Source of the DNA: a virus
Virus record (IMG/VR): IMGVR_UViG_3300046167_000659
Span: 2,608-66,607 of that record
Direction: 5' to 3' (one strand)
DNA length: 64,000 bases
This document shows positions 8,796 through 17,353 of the stretch, in pieces. The notes under the pieces were generated by a model. That model saw nothing but the letters and a program-made list of their open reading frames with translations, ran no database searches and had not been told where the DNA came from. Each line of letters begins with the position of its first letter. The stretch's first letter is position 1. Position numbers and translations under genes: made by a program.

Positions 8796-8871
8796 TGTGC
8801 AGTCATTTCCTAAGCGCGGTGCACCACTGTCGTTAGACCGGTGCGCGTCTTTGTTATTTATTCGCTGCACA
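8796..8871 (-). ncRNA. Putative structured small RNA (array element 4)
   Basis: Closing stem TGTGCAG/CTGCACA; internal hairpin GCACC-G-GTC-TAAC-GAC-AGT-GGTGC. Confidence 0.55.
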
Positions 8872-8875
8872 TTTG

Positions 8876-8963
8876 TAACTAGTGGGGGAATCGAACCCTC
8901 ATACTCGTCAGTAGTAATGAACTCTGGTTAATTTAATAACTCCTGTTGCATCCACACCTAGTT
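8876..8963 (-). ncRNA. tRNA-like RNA without canonical D or anticodon arms (array element 3)
   Basis: AACTAG/CTAGTT acceptor-like stem, T arm GAGGG-TTCGATT-CCCCC, 3' ACAA. Confidence 0.6.
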
Positions 8964-8966
8964 GCC

Positions 8967-9039
8967 GCTAGAGTCGGCCTCTGAGAGCAAACGCAGAATT
9001 TATTCGTCGCGATTGCCCTGATTAAACCTCTCATCTAGC
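8967..9039 (-). ncRNA. Putative structured small RNA (array element 2)
   Basis: Nested stems GCTAGA/TCTAGC, TGAGA/TCTCA, GCAATCGC/GCGTTTGC. Confidence 0.55.
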
Positions 9040-9044
9040 TATTT

Positions 9045-9115
9045 ACTACCTTAGAGGATCTTCGTTAGCTTAACAATTTAAAATACCATTGCCGTACTAA
9101 TCCCTCCACAGTAGT
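9045..9115 (-). ncRNA. Putative structured small RNA (array element 1)
   Basis: Nested stems ACTAC/GTAGT, GAGGGAT/ATCCTC, TTAG/CTAA, CAAT/ATTG. Confidence 0.45.
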
Positions 9116-9303
9116 TACTTACGCCGCCAAGCTCTGTGCACTGATGCACTTACTTCTTGGCTGACTATTTGTATTGTATTGCCTGTCTTGTGCTCGATAA
9201 TAGGTACATACGAATATGTTTGAGTTGTCGAGTGCTCAACACACGTTTTATAACCTAATTCCAACCTCACAGGGTGTACTTCATTTCCACATTTACAATA
9301 CAT
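9115..9303 (-). CDS. Small zinc-finger-like protein
   Basis: CKCG...RLELGYKTCVEH; first gene after promoter copy 3 and directly upstream of the RNA array. Confidence 0.65.
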   Translation of the reverse strand: MYCKCGNEVHPVRLELGYKTCVEHSTTQTYSYVPIIEHKTGNTIQIVSQEVSASVHRAWRRK

Positions 9304-9322
9304 AGTTTATTATTTTTATTTG

Positions 9323-9363
9323 TTACATATATATTATCCAGAGATAATCGTATTTTGTTTGTA
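9323..9363 (-). promoter_or_regulatory. 41-bp early promoter-like motif, copy 3
   Basis: TACAAACAAAATACGATTATCTCTGGATAATATATATGTAA. Confidence 0.8.
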
Positions 9364-10257
9364 ATAATCAATATCTACAAGATCCACTTGTTCTAGTAAT
9401 TTAATCACAGTTTGGTAGACAGTGTAATCTCTTAGATTATAAAAGTCATCACCGTTTAAATCATAGTCCGCTATGGACCATTCCACCTGTTCTTTCAGGG
9501 TTTCTAGTATAACATCAGCTTGATACTGAGCTATCTCATCTATTTCGTTCATTTTACTCATTTTACATTTTTCTTTACCCAGTTAATAATATATTCTAGT
9601 CTATCCATTTCGTTTGGAATTAGTATACGCTTGTAATTGTATATAATTGTATCGATGTTACCTCTACCGTGATGATAACCTGTCCAGTATTTGTTTATAG
9701 ATTTAGTTTTTTTGTTTATTTGATACAATCTATCAAGGTTAAAGTTGTTAATTCTTATATAACCTGATTGATAAGACTTTATTTCACGCCCATCATTTAA
9801 TAAGAACGTAGATGTTCCGTTTTTGTTTACTTCTATTAGTTTCATAGTTTATTTGTTTTATAGTTTACTTTGTAATCATTCCATCGAGCAGTGTAAGCGA
9901 ACGACTTGCCTTTAGCGAAAGAGCTTTTTTGCCTTGTAACCACGGCGTTCCACTCTTTATCAGTCAGTCCGCTACACACCTCGTGTTGGTGCTTGAGTCT
10001 ATGCCCTCTTGCACGATTTCTTCTCGCGTCTATCATAGTTTGACACGCTTCCTTCATATTCATATGGCGAAAGGGTTTTCAGTTTTCTCGACAAAAGTTA
10101 GACCTTTGTAGTTGAACCACTCAGTGATACCTTCTTGGTCTTTGTCTTCGTTGTAGATAAACGCGAAGCGTTTTGGTAACTCGCCAACAGGATAACCTTT
10201 GTAATCTTGGCCATTAAATCTGATGGTTGTTGAGTTGATAAATTTAATTTTTTTCAT
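9334..10257 (-). CDS. Four overlapping small hypothetical ORFs (9334-9561, 9558-9845, 9842-10063, 10060-10257)
   Basis: 4-nt ATGA-type start/stop overlaps indicate a coupled operon. Confidence 0.7.
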
Positions 10258-10274
10258 AGTATATTATTTGTTTG

Positions 10275-10315
10275 TTACAGTATTATTATCCAAAGATAAT
10301 CGTATTTTATTTGTA
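10275..10315 (-). promoter_or_regulatory. 41-bp early promoter-like motif, copy 4
   Basis: TACAAATAAAATACGATTATCTTTGGATAATAATACTGTAA. Confidence 0.8.
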
Positions 10316-10449
10316 TTATTGATACATCTCTTGTTGCCATAAAGGTATTTCAGAGTTATATCTCATCGCCCATTCACGTTCGATCGCTTCGATCTCTGCT
10401 AATTTAATCTTATAGTGACTAAATTTACGCTTAGTTCTTTTAGTTTTCT

Positions 10450-10860
10450 TCATGGTTTTAAGATATTTAATATTTCTCGCCAGTTAGAGTGTTTACCTAC
10501 GCCGAACTGTATTAGTTCGCCATCAAATTCACTTGCGCCGTTTACTGTTCTGTCGTCTATTAAATAGTCGCCACGTAATAGATTCTTGTGATTAGAAAGT
10601 ATTAATCGTTTGTAAGCGTTATTACCTAAGTATTTACTCACCCATTGGCGCTTATGCGTCCAAGAAATAGGCATATTCCATGGAGCGGTAGATAAGATGT
10701 ACACATCATACTTATCTGACTCACATAATTTATTAAAGGATTCCACTGCATCTTTCATTGGTGGAAGGTCTTTAAATATACTTTGATACCAACCTTTTTT
10801 ATTAAGTGTAGGTTGTAAATCAACGAGTACACCGTCCATGTCTATATATATTGTTTTCAT
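10450..10860 (-). CDS. 5'(3')-deoxyribonucleotidase (NT5C, HAD family)
   Basis: IYIDMDGVLVD, YILSTAPW, KNLLRGDYLIDDR. Confidence 0.9.
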   Translation of the reverse strand: MKTIYIDMDGVLVDLQPTLNKKGWYQSIFKDLPPMKDAVESFNKLCESDKYDVYILSTAPWNMPISWTHKRQWVSKYLGNNAYKRLILSNHKNLLRGDYLIDDRTVNGASEFDGELIQFGVGKHSNWREILNILKP

Positions 10861-11047
10861 ATTAATCCGAGTTTTTTGTTAGTATATTGTTTTATCATAA
10901 TGACTCATCCACTCAATATTACTTAAGCTAAAACCTTTAGATATTATAAAATCTATTAAATCTTGATGTCTTTCATATTGGTCTTCTTGTATCTCATATT
11001 GGTGTACATGTCCCATTGAGAAATCTAGTATTGTTATATATTTCATA

Positions 11048-11260
11048 TTAATCGCCTTTATAGTTTAATGTTTTATAGAATTCACCTGCCGCTTTGTTAT
11101 TTGATTCTTCAAGCGACTTGTAATAGTCTTCGTTTTTTAGTTGGTCATCTCGCCACTGATTTACTTCATCGAGCGTACCGAACTTAGTAGTGTATCGTAT
11201 AGTACATTTGTAAGTTTCACGCTCTGGAAAGTGTGGATTGAAGTGTTTAATTATTCGCAT
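11048..11260 (-). CDS. Hypothetical protein
   Basis: 70-aa ORF with AACTATG start context. Confidence 0.6.
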   Translation of the reverse strand: MRIIKHFNPHFPERETYKCTIRYTTKFGTLDEVNQWRDDQLKNEDYYKSLEESNNKAAGEFYKTLNYKGD

Positions 11261-11410
11261 AGTTATTTAGTTTAGTAGAAGTCGTAGTAGATATCGATTA
11301 CTTTAGATTTTTGTTCGTCAGTTAATTTATCAAAGTCAGTATCGAAAAGATTCCACGAGATTTTTAGTAGAGTATAAGATTTAGTACACATAGTTATTTG
11401 TTTTTATTAG

Positions 11411-11451
11411 TTACATTTATATTATCTAAAGATAATCGTATTATATTTGTA
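11411..11451 (-). promoter_or_regulatory. 41-bp early promoter-like motif, copy 5
   Basis: TACAAATATAATACGATTATCTTTAGATAATATAAATGTAA. Confidence 0.75.
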
Positions 11452-11525
11452 GACATTGGTGGAATCGAACCACCTCACAAAGTAGAGCTCACGTAGTCAA
11501 AATGCAGAGTGAAACCGTTATGTCT
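11450..11525 (-). ncRNA. tRNA-like RNA without canonical D or anticodon arms
   Basis: AGACAT/ATGTCT acceptor-like stem, perfect T arm GGTGG-TTCGATT-CCACC, 3' ACAA. Confidence 0.6.
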
Positions 11526-11581
11526 TTATTTCTATCCAGTTTGATGTCCCACTTCATGGTTCGGATAGTCACCATATTTAT

Positions 11582-11836
11582 TTATTTGTTTATAAAGTGT
11601 CCGTCAAGTGCGAGTTGACAGTCTTCTAATGTATCTTTTAACGCCTCAGTAGTTACATTACCGTTTAAGTATTGGCGTAGTTCATCTATAGTAGATAAAA
11701 CTTCAGTTCTAGTTTTAGAATTTATTTCTTTTGTTACTGTTAAGTTTACTTGTATGGTATGGTTTCCCACAGAAGTATATTCTATTTTATTATTGTTTAA
11801 ATAGTTTAGTAAGTCAGTTCTAGTATCATTGTACAT
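11582..11836 (-). CDS. Hypothetical protein; C-terminal half paralogous to 12426-12557
   Basis: NSKTRTEVLSTIDELRQYLNG. Confidence 0.7.
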   Translation of the reverse strand: MYNDTRTDLLNYLNNNKIEYTSVGNHTIQVNLTVTKEINSKTRTEVLSTIDELRQYLNGNVTTEALKDTLEDCQLALDGHFINK

Positions 11837-11854
11837 AGTTATATTTTTTATTTG

Positions 11855-11895
11855 TTACATATATATTATCCAATAAGAAACGTATTTAGTTTGTA
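11855..11895 (-). promoter_or_regulatory. 41-bp early promoter-like motif, copy 6
   Basis: TACAAACTAAATACGTTTCTTATTGGATAATATATATGTAA. Confidence 0.8.
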
Positions 11896-12115
11896 TTTTT
11901 AAATTACCACTTAGTTTCATTCGGAGCGAAACCATCTTCAAAGTAATTAGATAGTTTAAAGTTACTGATTCTTAATACAATAGTGTGTATGAATTTTCTC
12001 ATATTAGTTTTATTTATAGATTTTAAAAGTATATTATTTGTTTAAGTGTAAAAATTAGTTAGAGGGTATAATACTACACCTCTAAGTGTGTGACAGTATG
12101 TCATGACAAGAAGTA

Positions 12116-12343
12116 TTATATAACTTCTTTGTCACGAAGAATTACTGGTACTGAAGTAGACGATGTATAAGATTTATACTTTTCGAAACAGTTCATAGTT
12201 TCAAGTTTACTTTTCATAATTTCATATACTTTATCATGATTATAAGTAAATGATTTTCCATTTTTGAAAGTTACTTCAATGATTTGATTTTTTCCAATTA
12301 AGGATTTTCTTACGACGAATCGTTTTGATTGTAAATTTGACAT
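12116..12343 (-). CDS. Hypothetical protein
   Basis: 75-aa ORF directly after promoter copy 7. Confidence 0.7.
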   Translation of the reverse strand: MSNLQSKRFVVRKSLIGKNQIIEVTFKNGKSFTYNHDKVYEIMKSKLETMNCFEKYKSYTSSTSVPVILRDKEVI

Positions 12344-12379
12344 AGTTATTATATTTAAGTTATTATTATTATTTATTAG

Positions 12380-12420
12380 TTACATTATTATTATCCAATA
12401 CGTATCGTATTTAGTTTGTA
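12380..12420 (-). promoter_or_regulatory. 41-bp early promoter-like motif, copy 7
   Basis: TACAAACTAAATACGATACGTATTGGATAATAATAATGTAA. Confidence 0.8.
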
Positions 12421-12425
12421 AATTA

Positions 12426-12557
12426 TTATAGTTTATTTATTAATTCGTCGAGCGTTATTTGTAAACTACTTTTAGTTACGAAGCCGTTTAAGTATTGGTT
12501 TAATTCGTCGATAGTAGACAGTATTTCGATACGAGTTTTAGAATTTAGATTTTGCAT
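12426..12557 (-). CDS. Small protein (43 aa), paralog of the C-terminus of 11582-11836
   Basis: MQNLNSKTRIEILSTIDELNQYLNGFVTKSSLQITLDELINKL. Confidence 0.65.
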   Translation of the reverse strand: MQNLNSKTRIEILSTIDELNQYLNGFVTKSSLQITLDELINKL

Positions 12558-12593
12558 AGTTATTTTATTTAGTTATTATTAGTATTAATTTGC

Positions 12594-12634
12594 TTACAGT
12601 ATTATTATCCGATTATACTCGTATTTAGTTTGTA
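12594..12634 (-). promoter_or_regulatory. 41-bp early promoter-like motif, copy 8
   Basis: TACAAACTAAATACGAGTATAATCGGATAATAATACTGTAA. Confidence 0.8.
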
Positions 12635-12656
12635 ATATTTATTCTTTATTAAAAAC

Positions 12657-12704
12657 TGTGACATTAGGGTATTAAGCTAAGTATAGTAAGGGGCTATTGT
12701 CACA
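12657..12704. repeat. Dyad element copy C
   Basis: TGTGACATTAGGG-N22-GGCTATTGTCACA. Confidence 0.8.
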
Positions 12705-12742
12705 CTTTTTATTCGGTTCATAGTTGTTAGTTTGTTTGTTAC

Positions 12743-12783
12743 TTACATTATTATTATCCAATGCAAACCGTATTACCTCTGTA
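12743..12783 (-). promoter_or_regulatory. 41-bp early promoter-like motif, copy 9 (most divergent)
   Basis: TACAGAGGTAATACGGTTTGCATTGGATAATAATAATGTAA. Confidence 0.7.
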
Positions 12784-13008
12784 TGATACCTAAAAATATA
12801 GAGTGAATTTAAAAATAGTAGTAGCATCTCGGGCCCGATATAGCTGAGGTGGTATCGAAACCAGGGGCTAAAATCGTGGGAATTCGGTGGGGGCTGGGAA
12901 AAACAAATGGGTTTTACTAAAATATTACGGAAGAGAGAAGGAGGGTGCAACACAAAATCCCTATATATCTAACAAAAAATTTTTTACTATATTTTTTTTT
13001 ACAAATAA

Positions 13009-13055
13009 TGTGACATTAGGTAGTTATATATAAATAGTAGCAGGCTATTGTCACG
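13009..13055. repeat. Dyad element copy D
   Basis: TGTGACATTAGGT-N21-GGCTATTGTCACG, immediately before the first late promoter-like site. Confidence 0.8.
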
Positions 13056-13056
13056 T

Positions 13057-13084
13057 TAATAACCTATAAAATAGCGTAATCATA
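13057..13084 (+). promoter_or_regulatory. Putative class-II (late) promoter TAATA-N13-CGTAATCATA
   Basis: At the start of the plus-strand block; shared motif and spacing. Confidence 0.55.
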
Positions 13085-13090
13085 CAAAGT

Positions 13091-13333
13091 ATGACAAAAC
13101 AAAAGCTTTCACCAGCCGCTAGGCGCGCAAAAGCAGCTCGGGATTTGGCATTTGCTAAAACTCCGGCTAGAAAAGCAAAAAAAGCGCACTCACAAAGAGA
13201 GCGTAGAAAGAATCCGTGTCCAAAAGGGTATGATTATGACCACAAAAGACAAAAATGCGTGACTATAAAGTCTAATAGAGGCAATGAAGGTAAAGGTACT
13301 AAAGAAGAATCAGGAAAAAATTATAAAACATAA
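13091..13333 (+). CDS. Small basic protein
   Basis: K/R-rich, with YDYDH...SNRG (degenerate HNH-like). Confidence 0.6.
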   Translation: MTKQKLSPAARRAKAARDLAFAKTPARKAKKAHSQRERRKNPCPKGYDYDHKRQKCVTIKSNRGNEGKGTKEESGKNYKT

Positions 13334-13338
13334 CATAG

Positions 13339-14451
13339 ATGGCAAGAATTAAAACATATAACATCGATGCTGACATATCTTCAGAAGATAAAGTAGTAGG
13401 TACAGATGGAAACCCAGGTAATAACTTTGGAAAAACAAAAAACTTCACAATAGGGGCGTTATCTGGATTTATAGGGGCTGGATCTCAAGGTCCCGTTGGT
13501 CCCGCAGGAGAACCAGGAGCTACTGGACCTGCTGGAGCAGACGGAACAGACGGAGTAGACGGAGTAGATGGTGCACAAGGACCTGCTGGTAATGACGGAG
13601 CAACTGGAGCACCTGGACCTGCTGGTCAAACAGGTCCTGCTGGGGCAACTGGAGCACAGGGTGCTACGGGTGACGTGGGTCTAACTGGAGCAACTGGGGC
13701 TCAAGGAGCTGTAGGTCCTCAAGGAGCTATTGGTGCAACTGGTGCGCAAGGAGCTACTGGAGCAGATGGAACATCAATAAACGTATTAGGTACTAAACCT
13801 ACCGTAGCTGATTTACCCGCAACAGGTAATACAGTGGGAGATTTGTGGGTTATAGATCAAACAGGTGGAGGTGCCACGGCTGGTGATGGTTATGTTTGGA
13901 CTGCTGGAAATACTTGGTTGAACATTGGGCCTTTAAGAGGACCTCAAGGAATACAAGGCGTACAAGGTCTACAGGGAATTCAAGGCATTAAAGGAGATCA
14001 AGGTGATCAGGGACCACAAGGTATACAAGGTTTACAAGGGGAGCAGGGTTTACAAGGAGATCAAGGAGCTGCGGGAACAAACGGAACAAATGGAGAACAA
14101 GGAATACAGGGAATTCAAGGAATACAAGGTCAGCCTGGACAAAATGGTAGCAACGGCCCACAGGGTGAAACTGGAGCTCAAGGTGAAACCGGAGCGACTG
14201 GCCCGCAAGGCCCAATAGGATTGACAGGTCCTCCGGGAGCAGTAGAATCAGTTAACGCTGGGGTAGGAATAACTGTAACGCCAAATACTACAGGCAACGT
14301 AATAGTTTCGGCTCCAGATGCAGTTTTAAATAACCAAGATACTTTTACAACCCCTAAAGTGAAATACATCGTTTCTTTAACACAAGCGGAGTATGATGGT
14401 TTAGTAAGCGGTGGAACAATAAACGCTAACACATTATATATAATATTATAA
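13339..14451 (+). CDS. Collagen-like fibre protein
   Basis: Two long Gly-X-Y runs; C-terminal LTQAEYD.L.....NTLYII motif seen in phage fibres. Confidence 0.85.
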   Translation: MARIKTYNIDADISSEDKVVGTDGNPGNNFGKTKNFTIGALSGFIGAGSQGPVGPAGEPGATGPAGADGTDGVDGVDGAQGPAGNDGATGAPGPAGQTGPAGATGAQGATGDVGLTGATGAQGAVGPQGAIGATGAQGATGADGTSINVLGTKPTVADLPATGNTVGDLWVIDQTGGGATAGDGYVWTAGNTWLNIGPLRGPQGIQGVQGLQGIQGIKGDQGDQGPQGIQGLQGEQGLQGDQGAAGTNGTNGEQGIQGIQGIQGQPGQNGSNGPQGETGAQGETGATGPQGPIGLTGPPGAVESVNAGVGITVTPNTTGNVIVSAPDAVLNNQDTFTTPKVKYIVSLTQAEYDGLVSGGTINANTLYIIL

Positions 14452-14452
14452 T

Positions 14453-15160
14453 ATGGCAGATTTAAAACTAAATGGGGTTACACCAGATGGTGTTGGTAAG
14501 ATAAAGCTAGGTAGCAGTAATGTGCAAAAAATATATAGTGCCGAAACCCTTGTCTGGCCTTCATCTTTAGGGCCCGGTGAAGTACAAGTATGTAGCTTGA
14601 TATGGAAAAAAACAAACTCAACAACATTAGCTAAAGTAGGGGGTGGAGCTATAGACTTTGCAAACAATGCAGACGATTGGGCTAATGCTCATGCAAACCA
14701 AATTCCTACCGCTTGCTATTTTGAATTTGATAGTAGTAAAGCTAGTTATGGATTAATTTATAATTATTGGGCAAAGAGCGTTATACAACCACCAACTGGT
14801 TTCAGGCTTCCATCGGGTGGTGACTTTTCTAATTTAGTAACGTGTTATGGCACCAACGACAACCCATTAGGAGCAGACCCTGGTGTATGGGACACGAGCT
14901 TATTGACAAATACAATTGGGCTTGGAACCTCTGGATTCAATGCTCACGGCTATGGATATGCTCATGTCGGCTACACGCTTAATGAACCAATGGCTTGGGT
15001 TAACAAAAAGAAAGTGGAGATTTATTGGACAGGTGATAACTATTCACAACTTACAGGGTTACACGTAGAATTTTATACCAATGGCCACTTACGACAAGTG
15101 ACTTATTCTAATGATAACAAAAAAATATCTACTTTTATTCGATTTGTTAAAGATGAGTAA
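14453..15160 (+). CDS. FISUMP (Fibrobacter succinogenes major paralogous) domain protein, probable fibre tip
   Basis: YGLIYNYW...PPTGFRLPS..DF..L, SGFNA..YG, YWT, IRFVKD. Confidence 0.7.
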   Translation: MADLKLNGVTPDGVGKIKLGSSNVQKIYSAETLVWPSSLGPGEVQVCSLIWKKTNSTTLAKVGGGAIDFANNADDWANAHANQIPTACYFEFDSSKASYGLIYNYWAKSVIQPPTGFRLPSGGDFSNLVTCYGTNDNPLGADPGVWDTSLLTNTIGLGTSGFNAHGYGYAHVGYTLNEPMAWVNKKKVEIYWTGDNYSQLTGLHVEFYTNGHLRQVTYSNDNKKISTFIRFVKDE

Positions 15161-15168
15161 CTCTAGAT

Positions 15169-15196
15169 TAAATAAAAAGCTAAGTACGTAACTATA
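15169..15196 (+). promoter_or_regulatory. Putative class-II promoter TAAAT-N13-CGTAACTATA
   Basis: Intergenic, upstream of the chaperonin operon. Confidence 0.55.
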
Positions 15197-15228
15197 TAGA
15201 TATTAATAATAACCAAAACCAAAACCAA

Positions 15229-15519
15229 ATGACACTATTTTACCAGACTGAATCGTGGAGTAGTCACCCACCTGCGGAAGAAAACCAAGTTAAACTATGG
15301 GAGCACATAGCTAATAAAGAAAACTGGAGGATTGTCCAGCTCATTAACGGTTTTTACCAAACAGAGTACCAAGATCTTCGTAATGGAGAAAACTGGAAAG
15401 ATGTTACACGGCGAGAAACATTACAAGAAGCTGAAACCTCAATAGATAAAACTATTGAACATTACAAAAAAAAGCTTGAATTTATAGACGGGCCGAAAGT
15501 AGTAAAAACATTTAAGTAG
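15229..15519 (+). CDS. Hypothetical protein
   Basis: 96-aa ORF preceding groEL. Confidence 0.7.
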   Translation: MTLFYQTESWSSHPPAEENQVKLWEHIANKENWRIVQLINGFYQTEYQDLRNGENWKDVTRRETLQEAETSIDKTIEHYKKKLEFIDGPKVVKTFK

Positions 15520-15541
15520 TAATAAAATATAATTTAATTTA

Positions 15542-17109
15542 ATGGAATTTAACAACCCTAGTCAGATTGTAAAAGATTTGACATTTGGCGATAAAGCCAA
15601 TAGTAAAATAATGACAGGCGTCGAAAAATTAACAAGCGCAGTAAAAAGTACGTTAGGTGCTTCAGGAAAATGCGTAATATACGAAGATGCCTTAGGTAGA
15701 CCGGTAATAACAAAAGACGGTGTAACCGTTGCAGAAAGCGTAGTCTTAATAGATCCGGTCGAAAATATAGGTGCAACCTTAATAAAGGAAGCCGCAAGCA
15801 ATACAGTTAGAGAAGCGGGGGATGGTACAACAACAGCGACTGTCTTAGCGCACTCATTATTAAAAACAACAACAGAATCAGAGCATGAAGAAACGGCTAG
15901 AAGCATTAAGAGCGGCATTGAAAAATGCAGCGAAAAAGTTATGGTTTATCTTGATAAAACCAGCATACCAGTTAAAGGGGAAATGCTTAAAAGCGTTGCT
16001 ACAATTAGCTGCAACAACGATAAAGAACTTGGAGCCAAAATTGGCGAAGCATACGAAAAAGTTGGCAGAGATGGAGTCGTTTTAATGGAAGAGTCTGATA
16101 CGAATGAAACTTATGTAGAATTCGTTGATGGCGCTCAAATTGATTCCGGTTTAAAGTCTCAGCACTTAGCAACCGACAAAGATAAACTTACATGTACTTT
16201 AGATAACCCGTACGTGCTTATAATAGGATCTACAATACCTAACATCCGTAAGATACAAAGTGTCTTAGAGTTTATTATAAAAGAAAAGAGACCACTACTT
16301 ATTATAGCAGACATAGATCAACAGCCTTACGCTACTTTAGTAGCTAACAAGGTTAAAGGTAACATTAAAGGTCAATGTAATAGATCCTCCAGGGTTTGGG
16401 ACCTACCAGGTTAGACTCCATGGAAGATTTAGCTTTTTTAACAGGGGCTAAGCTTATAAACGAGGAGCTAGGTGATGACTTAGATCTTATCGAGCCTTCT
16501 GTACTAGGTGAAGCCGTTAAAGCTGTTACTGATAATAAATCAACAGTAATGCAGGTTTACGACAAAGGTGAAGAACTGGAAGATAGAATTACACATGTTA
16601 AAGAACAGATTAAAGATGAAAAAAATGGATTCTTTAAAATGAAACTAGAACAAAGGCTAGCTACTTTAGCAGGCACTGTAGGTATTGTAAGAGTTGGGGC
16701 TGATTCTAAGGTAGAGTTAAAAGAAAAGAAAGATAGAGTTGAAGATGCAGTTCACGCTACTAAAGCAGCCTTGAAAGAAGGTATTGTTGCCGGCGGTGGT
16801 GTAGCACTCTTAAATGCAGCAAACAACATTAAGCCTAAAAACAAAGGAGAGGAATTATTGCTCGAAGCTATAAAAGCTCCTTATAAAACTATATTAGACA
16901 ACGCTGGGCTTGACTTTCAAGACCTGAATAAAAAAGGCTGGGGTATAGATGTAGTAACAGGCAAGCCAGTGAACATGGTCAAAGCAGGTATTATAGATCC
17001 GGTTTTGGTTACAAAAGCGGCGCTGAAAAATGCTGTGAGCGTAGTTAACACAATTGTGTCTGCAGATTGTATAATCAGTAATAAAAGGTTAGACGATGCA
17101 AGCAATTAA
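15542..17109 (+). CDS. groEL: Chaperonin GroEL (split by a probable +1 sequencing error near 16368)
   Basis: ITKDGVTVA, AGDGTTTATVLA, KEKKDRVEDAVHAT, GIVAGGGVAL, GIIDP; no GGM tail. Confidence 0.95.
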
Positions 17110-17353
17110 TTTTTACGTCGTTATAGACAAAATAAAAGAAGCTCCGAAGAAAGTAGGAGGCTTAGAGTTAACAGAAAAGCAAGACAGTGACGTTAGGTAC
17201 TTAAAAGGTAAAGTTATAAGCGTAGGAGATCAAGTCCCTATTGTTAAAGAGGGTGATATCGTAAGATATGACAAACACGCCGGAAGTGGTATAGAGCACG
17301 AGGATCATCTTTACTACGTAATCAAAGTATCAGACATTGTTGTTGTAGAATGA
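17096..17353 (+). CDS. groES: Co-chaperonin GroES
   Basis: Mobile loop KKVGGLELT, GKVISVG, VKEGDIV; overlaps the groEL end. Confidence 0.85.
   Translation: MQAINFYVVIDKIKEAPKKVGGLELTEKQDSDVRYLKGKVISVGDQVPIVKEGDIVRYDKHAGSGIEHEDHLYYVIKVSDIVVVE

Noticed and set aside
8793-9115. Coding piece of a two-piece (permuted) tmRNA
   Set aside because: No reading frame ending in a tag-like ALAA-stop was found, and the TLD is closed on itself in standard, non-permuted order.
12085-12110. TGTGTGACAGTATGTCATGACA as a sixth dyad
   Set aside because: Only the TGTGACA core matches; the TAGCC arm and spacer are absent.
6497-12783. 41-bp repeats as a CRISPR array
   Set aside because: Spacing is irregular (about 150-1800 bp), whole genes lie between copies, the centre is variable, and no cas genes are present.
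12672-12953. 93-aa ORF across the strand-switch region
   Set aside because: Atypical composition; it runs through promoter copy 9 and dyad C, so it is probably spurious.
12657-13055. Dyads as CRP sites (TGTGA-N6-TCACA)
   Set aside because: The half-sites are about 36-38 bp apart rather than 6, and conservation extends well beyond TGTGA.
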